NCBI GenBank assembly: GCA_963813535.1
Contig: CAWEZH010000002.1
Span: 1,312,001 to 1,376,000 of the forward strand
Direction of reading: 5' to 3'
DNA from: an uncultured Chloroflexia bacterium
GTDB taxonomy: Bacteria; Chloroflexota; Limnocylindria; Limnocylindrales; CSP1-4
Length of the DNA: 64,000 nucleotides
The position numbers and the translations under genes are program-made. The notes under the pieces are model-generated. The model did no database searches. It was not told where the DNA came from and worked only from the letters and a program-made list of their open reading frames with translations. Below, one piece after another: positions 59,310 to 64,000 of the stretch (position 1 is its first letter; the number at the start of each line of letters is the position of its first letter).

Positions 59310-59806
59310 GACCGCGCGTCCCGCTCGGGATGGGGCGTCGGGCCGCCATCGATCTCCGAGAGATGGGCCTCCAGGTGGACCCGTCGCTCGCGGGCGGCGT
59401 CGATCATGGACCGAAGACGGAGGGCCTTGGCTTCGAGGGTCGCGATCTGGCGGTCGACGCGGGTGCGGGCGTCCTCGAGGATCGCCCGCCGCTCGGCCGG
59501 GTCCTGCGTGGCGCGGAAGCGTTCGCGGTTGCGCTCGCGCGCCGCCTCGTCCTCGAGCAATTGGCCGATCTGGGCGAGCGAGAACCCGGCCTCGTCGCGG
59601 AGCTCCTTGATGTGCCGCAGCCGGTCAAGGTCCGAGTCGTCGTACAGCCGGTAGGCACCACCGGAGCGACCGGCCGGCTCGAGCAGACCGACCTCCTCGT
59701 AATAGCGGATGGCGCGGGATGTCAGACCGGTCTCGGCGGCGACCTCCTGGATCTTGAGCAGCGGGGGGTCTGCGGCGGGCGCGGCCGTCGTTGGTCTGGT
59801 GGGCAT
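59306..59806 (-). CDS. MerR family regulator
   Basis: IQEVAAETGLTSRAIRYYEEVGLL, YRLY, GFSLAQI; ATGA-coupled to the MFS gene. Confidence 0.92.
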   Translation of the reverse strand: MPTRPTTAAPAADPPLLKIQEVAAETGLTSRAIRYYEEVGLLEPAGRSGGAYRLYDDSDLDRLRHIKELRDEAGFSLAQIGQLLEDEAARERNRERFRATQDPAERRAILEDARTRVDRQIATLEAKALRLRSMIDAARERRVHLEAHLSEIDGGPTPHPERDARS

Positions 59807-59824
59807 CGCACGCAGTCTATCACA

Positions 59825-59846
59825 ACCTTAACGTTCACGTGAAGGT
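59825..59846. promoter_or_regulatory. MerR-type operator ACCTTAACGT-TC-ACGTGAAGGT
   Basis: 9/10 inverted repeat just upstream of -10 TAGACT of merR. Confidence 0.75.
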
Positions 59847-59936
59847 CCGGATGAGCCATTCGGGAACGATTCCTCCCGACGACCCGCCAATACACTCCAG
59901 ACGCGACCAGACCGGCCGTGCGGATCCGAGGGCGAC

Positions 59937-60494
59937 GTGGAGCGAGACCTCGTGGAGCGAGCGCGGAAGGGCGATCATGACGCCTTCGCTGTGCTGGCAG
60001 GCGCCACGATCGGTCGGCTTGACGCCGCGGCTCGGCTCATCCTGAGGGACTCGTACCGAGCGGAGGACGCCGTCCAGGAGACGCTCGTCCGATGCTGGCG
60101 GGACCTGCCCACCCTGCGCGATCCCGATCGCTTCGATGCCTGGCTTCACCGGATCTTTCTCAACGCCTGCCGCGATCAGCTCCGGGTCGCCAAGCGCAGG
60201 AGCATCGAGGTCGAGCTTCCCGAGATCCATCCCCTCTCGGTGCCTGACTCCCAATCGGCCACCGCCGACCGGGACCTCATCGAGCGTGGCGTTCGTCACC
60301 TCGATACCGACCAGCGCACCGTGATCGTCCTTCACTACTACCTTGGCCTGCCGCTGCCCGATGCCGCCTCAGCGATGGGGATCCCGCTCGGGACCGCGAA
60401 GTCACGCCTCCATCGGGCGACCCAGGCACTCCGAGCCGCTCTCGACTCGGATGCGCGAGGAGCCCCGCAGATGGCGGAGGGTCGGTCCAGATGA
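59937..60494 (+). CDS. ECF sigma-70 factor
   Basis: AEDAVQE, FDAWLHRI, region 4 IPLGTAKSRLHRA. Confidence 0.92.
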   Translation: MERDLVERARKGDHDAFAVLAGATIGRLDAAARLILRDSYRAEDAVQETLVRCWRDLPTLRDPDRFDAWLHRIFLNACRDQLRVAKRRSIEVELPEIHPLSVPDSQSATADRDLIERGVRHLDTDQRTVIVLHYYLGLPLPDAASAMGIPLGTAKSRLHRATQALRAALDSDARGAPQMAEGRSR

Positions 60495-61920
60495 CATATC
60501 GCGACGATCTCGACCGGCTCCTCTCCGCGTGGCTCGACGACCCGTATACGCCACCCGCTCCGCACTACCTCGGTCGTGTCCTGGAGCGGACCCGGCAGAC
60601 ACGACAGCGACCGGCCTGGGCCAGCCTCGAAAGGTGGCTTCCCATGGCTGACAAGGTTCTCCAACCGGCCACGTCACCGCCGCTGCGTGTGGCCTGGCTC
60701 CTGATCATCGCGGTGCTGTCTGGTGGCCCTCGTGGCCGGAGTGGCGATCGTGGGGTCGCGACCTCCTCACAGCCGAGTCCTGTCATCCCCCAGGGGCGCG
60801 TGCCGCGGTCTTCGCCTTCAGCTCGATCGTCGGTGGAGCCGACGGCGACATCTATCTCGCGCGAGCGGACGGCACCGATGTGCGCCAGCTCACCAGCGGG
60901 CCCGGGCATCGGCTGACGTCTCCCGCCTGGTCGCCGGATGGCACCCGCATCGCCTACCGCGTCTGGGAGGGCGGAAACGACTCCCTTGTCGTCATCGACG
61001 CGGGCGGCGGCAACGCGACGACACTGGCCACGATGGCCTCGAGCGCGGCGTATTGCGCACGGGGCGGCCCGGTCTGGTCACCGAGACGGGAATGACTCTC
61101 GTCTTCCCAAGCACCCGGTGTGCGCGAGTCGGTTTGACCTCTTCATCGTGCCCGGCGGACGGGTCGTCACCCGCGACGAGGCTGCTGGCCCCGGGCATGG
61201 AGGGTCAGGCCGCCGACTGGTCGCCCGACGGCGAAACAGATCGCCTTCCTGGGCAGGGACGCGACCGGCAGCGTCGGCTTCTATGTGGTCGATGCAAAAC
61301 CGGCGATGGCGCTGAGGCGGCGGGCTCCAGAGCACGTCAGCATCCTGGCCTTTGACAGCCTTGATTTCGCGAACGCCACTGGAGGAGCATGGTATCCTGC
61401 CGATGGTCACCCGACGGGACCGAGCTCGCGGTCGTCTCTGACGTGGTTGCGACCGGCGCTAGCGCCTCGGAACAAGGAACATCGTCGTGGTCAAACCCGA
61501 TGGCTCCGAGCCGAGGGTCGTCGCGAAGGCGGCCTTCAACCCCGCCTGGTCACCCGACGGCGAAGCGCATCGCCTTCCACCGCCAAGTCGACCCCTCGGA
61601 GTACTTCGACGGATCGACCGTGTACCTGCGCGGACTTGGGTCGATCGAATGCGGACGGCACCAACGAACGTCGACTCGATCCGTTGGTGGAGGGTTGCGC
61701 CCCTGCGCCGGAGTGGTCGCCCGACGGGACCCGCCTTGCGGGGGTGCTGATCGTGCCGACACCGGATGACCCCAAGCTCGGGTTCCACTACGGGGTGATG
61801 ACGGTGGACGGTGACGATCCACAGGTCGCCCTCCTTGATGGTGGGGCCGGATCCTGGCAGCCCGTCGTCGCGCCGATCCCACCGGCGCCATCGTTCGGGG
61901 TGAGCTCGCCAGCCCCTTGA
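60491..61920 (+). pseudogene. Anti-sigma-like protein with TolB/PD40 (WSPDG) repeats, multiply frameshifted
   Basis: N-terminal LDRLLSAWL...RQRPAW plus TM segment; WSPDG repeats spread over all three frames. Confidence 0.8.
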
Positions 61921-61938
61921 TCCGACCCTCGCGCAGTT

Positions 61939-61968
61939 CGGTGACCCCGGCTCCGGCCGGGGTCACCG
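61939..61968. terminator. Bidirectional hairpin, 13-bp perfect stem
   Basis: CGGTGACCCCGGC-TCCG-GCCGGGGTCACCG between convergent genes. Confidence 0.82.
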
Positions 61969-61972
61969 CGAT

Positions 61973-62965
61973 TTAGTCGATCGTGAAGGCGTCGGGGTCC
62001 TGGTAGCGGCCGGTCCGCTGGAACTCGATCTGCATCAGCACGTCGTTGAGCAATGAGGACGCCCCGAAGCGGAACCAATCCGGGCTCATCCAGCGCGGCC
62101 CGAGCGTCTCGTACAGGATCACGAGGTACTGGATGGCTTCCTTGGCCGTCTTGATCCCACCGGCCGGCTTCATGCCGACCTGCCGTCCGGTCGCCCGCTC
62201 GAAGTCGCGGATCGCCTCGAGCATCACGAGCGTCACCGGCATCGTTGCGGCGGGCGTGACCTTGCCGGTCGACGTCTTGATGAAGTCGGCCCCGGCGGCC
62301 ATCGCCAGGATCGACGCGCGGCGGACGTTGTCGTACGTCTCGAGCTCGCCCGTCTCGAGGATGACCTTCAGGTGGGCGTCGCCGGCGGCCTCCTTGACCT
62401 CGACGATCTCCTCGAACACGGCGGCGAAGTCACCCGACAGGAAGGCGCCACGGTCGATGACCATGTCGACCTCGTCGGCGCCCGCCTCGACCGCGGCGCG
62501 CGTCTCGGCCAGCTTGATGTCACGGAACGTCTGGCCGCTGGGGAACCCGGTCGCGACGCTGGCGACCTTGACGTCGCTCCCCTTCAGCGCCTCCTTGGCG
62601 TCAGCGACCATCGCCGGGTAGACGCAGATCGCCGCGACGGACGGGATCGTCGGGTCGCCAGGCTTGGGGTGCATGGCCTTGACGCACAGGGCGCGGACCT
62701 TGCCGGGCGTGTCCTTCCCCTCGAGGGTCGTCAGATCCATCATCCGGATGGCCAGGTCGAGGGCCCAGAGCTTCGATGCCTTCTTGATCGACCGCCGTTT
62801 GAGCGCGTCGACGCGCGCCTCGACGCCCACCTGGTCGACGGTCGACACGCGCCCCAGCAGGCTGCCGAGCGGGTCACCGAGTGAGCGCGTTCGACCGTCC
62901 CACGCGCGGATGAGCTCGTTGGCGCGCTGACGCGCGAGGGTGTCGGGTGGCTTGGTCGCGGTCAT
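61973..62965 (-). CDS. deoC: Deoxyribose-phosphate aldolase (long form)
   Basis: MDLTTLEG, VATGFPSG, GADEVDMV, LKVILETGEL, DFIKTSTGK, KPAGGI, FRFGASSLL. Confidence 0.96.
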   Translation of the reverse strand: MTATKPPDTLARQRANELIRAWDGRTRSLGDPLGSLLGRVSTVDQVGVEARVDALKRRSIKKASKLWALDLAIRMMDLTTLEGKDTPGKVRALCVKAMHPKPGDPTIPSVAAICVYPAMVADAKEALKGSDVKVASVATGFPSGQTFRDIKLAETRAAVEAGADEVDMVIDRGAFLSGDFAAVFEEIVEVKEAAGDAHLKVILETGELETYDNVRRASILAMAAGADFIKTSTGKVTPAATMPVTLVMLEAIRDFERATGRQVGMKPAGGIKTAKEAIQYLVILYETLGPRWMSPDWFRFGASSLLNDVLMQIEFQRTGRYQDPDAFTID

Positions 62966-63073
62966 GGGACGGAGAGGATACCGCTAGGATCGAGCAGCGC
63001 CCACCGGGAAACCGCGCCGGCCCGGTTCGGCGTAGCGTCCGGCATACGAGGTGGTGACGAAGGAGGGCCCTGG

Positions 63074-63544
63074 ATGGATCGACGACGGCTCGTGGCGCTG
63101 GCAGGTGGATCGGCGCTCGTGATCGTGATCGGTGCCGGGACGGCGCTGGCCGCTGATCGGTCCGTCGCGATCTCCGGTTTCACCTTCTCGCCACGGACGG
63201 TGACCGTGAACGTCGGCGACACCGTCACCTGGACCAACAGCGACGCCCAGGCCCACACGGCGACGTCCGGGAGTGCCTGGAGCACGGGAGACATCGGCAA
63301 CGGCGAGTCGGCGTCGATCACGTTCTCGACGGCGGGTACGTTCGACTACATCTGCGCCATCCACCCGACCATGACCGGCACGGTCGTGGTCAGTGCCGGA
63401 GGCGCACCGCCGACCGATACCCTGGCCGCCTCCGGACAGGACGCCGGCACACCCTTGCCCACCACCCTGGCGCTGCTCGGTCTGGTGACGCTCGTCGCGG
63501 CCCTCGTTGCCGGCCACCATCTGCGGGGTCGGGCGACCGACTGA
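63074..63544 (+). CDS. Secreted cupredoxin (plastocyanin/amicyanin-like) with C-terminal membrane anchor
   Basis: Signal peptide, VGDTVTWTN, HTAT, YICAIHPTM type-1 Cu ligands; AAGGAGG RBS. Confidence 0.9.
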   Translation: MDRRRLVALAGGSALVIVIGAGTALAADRSVAISGFTFSPRTVTVNVGDTVTWTNSDAQAHTATSGSAWSTGDIGNGESASITFSTAGTFDYICAIHPTMTGTVVVSAGGAPPTDTLAASGQDAGTPLPTTLALLGLVTLVAALVAGHHLRGRATD

Positions 63545-63554
63545 CGTGACCTCG

Positions 63555-64000
63555 TCAGCGGCCTCCGCGCACCTTCGGCAGCGGCGGCATCGTGTGCTTG
63601 CCGTCGACCAGGAAGTGGCGGAACCAGTCGAGGACGATCCGCAGGTTCTCGATCCGTCGGAACGGGGTACCGGAACGGGTCAGCTCGTGGGTCTCCTCGG
63701 GCACACGCAGCAAACGGACCGGGCGTCGCAGCGAGCGCAGCACGGTAAAGAGGGCCTCGGCCTGTCCGACGGTCGTCCTGATATCGCGTTCGGAGTGCTG
63801 GATCAGCAACGGGGTGTGGATGCGGTGCGCGTACGACACCGGTGAGATCTCCCGGAAATAGGCCGGGTCACTCCAGGGCGTTGCGTCGAACTCGAGCATC
63901 GCCCAGTCGCCGCCACTGATGTCGCCCGTCAGGAACAGCATCGACATGTCGCTGACCGAGCGACAGGTCATCGCGGCGCGAAAGCGATCGTCGTGGGCGA
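63555..64000 (-). CDS. S9 family (prolyl oligopeptidase-like) peptidase, C-terminal part; runs off the window
   Basis: DRFRAA, SPVSYA, TPLLIQHSERDIRT (Asp), ETHELTRSG (His). Confidence 0.9.
   Translation of the reverse strand, partial: AHDDRFRAAMTCRSVSDMSMLFLTGDISGGDWAMLEFDATPWSDPAYFREISPVSYAHRIHTPLLIQHSERDIRTTVGQAEALFTVLRSLRRPVRLLRVPEETHELTRSGTPFRRIENLRIVLDWFRHFLVDGKHTMPPLPKVRGGR

Noticed and set aside
1-64000. tRNA, rRNA, IS elements, prophage or anti-phage defence genes
   Set aside because: None recognisable; intergenic gaps are short and explained by promoters and terminators.

Overview
High-GC bacterial chromosomal segment, densely coding, with about 60 genes. I found no rRNA, tRNA, CRISPR array or transposase. 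Gene content and protein style (F420 genes, ECF/TolB-repeat pair, Ser/Pro/Ala-rich linkers) suggest Chloroflexota, possibly Ca. Limnocylindria, or an actinobacterium-like lineage; this is inference only. From left to right: an F420 cluster (cofD-cofC-cofE, two LLM and one PPOX oxidoreductase); a trxB-methyltransferase-ABC-OsmC operon behind a perfect CsoR-type palindrome; argCJBRG with tandem ARG boxes (argG frameshifted, argH displaced about 14 kb on the other strand); an orphan GAF kinase; an IclR-controlled non-phosphorylative L-fucose-type catabolic locus; adenosine deaminase; a DeoR galactoside locus (galT, GH36, GH2, GH13, ABC); EamA and ABC-2 exporters; a split ALDH16-like pair; a MepA-like peptidase; a five-gene methyltransferase / FAD enzyme / Nudix / SRPBCC cyclase / ketosynthase operon with no ACP or chain-length factor (the best candidate for an undescribed system); MFS and MerR; an ECF sigma with a frameshift-riddled anti-sigma; deoC; a cupredoxin with a PPTDT C-terminal tail; and a partial S9 peptidase. 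About a dozen genes have a -10-like hexamer 5-9 nt before the start codon, suggesting pervasive leaderless transcription. All family calls come from motif recognition, not database searches.
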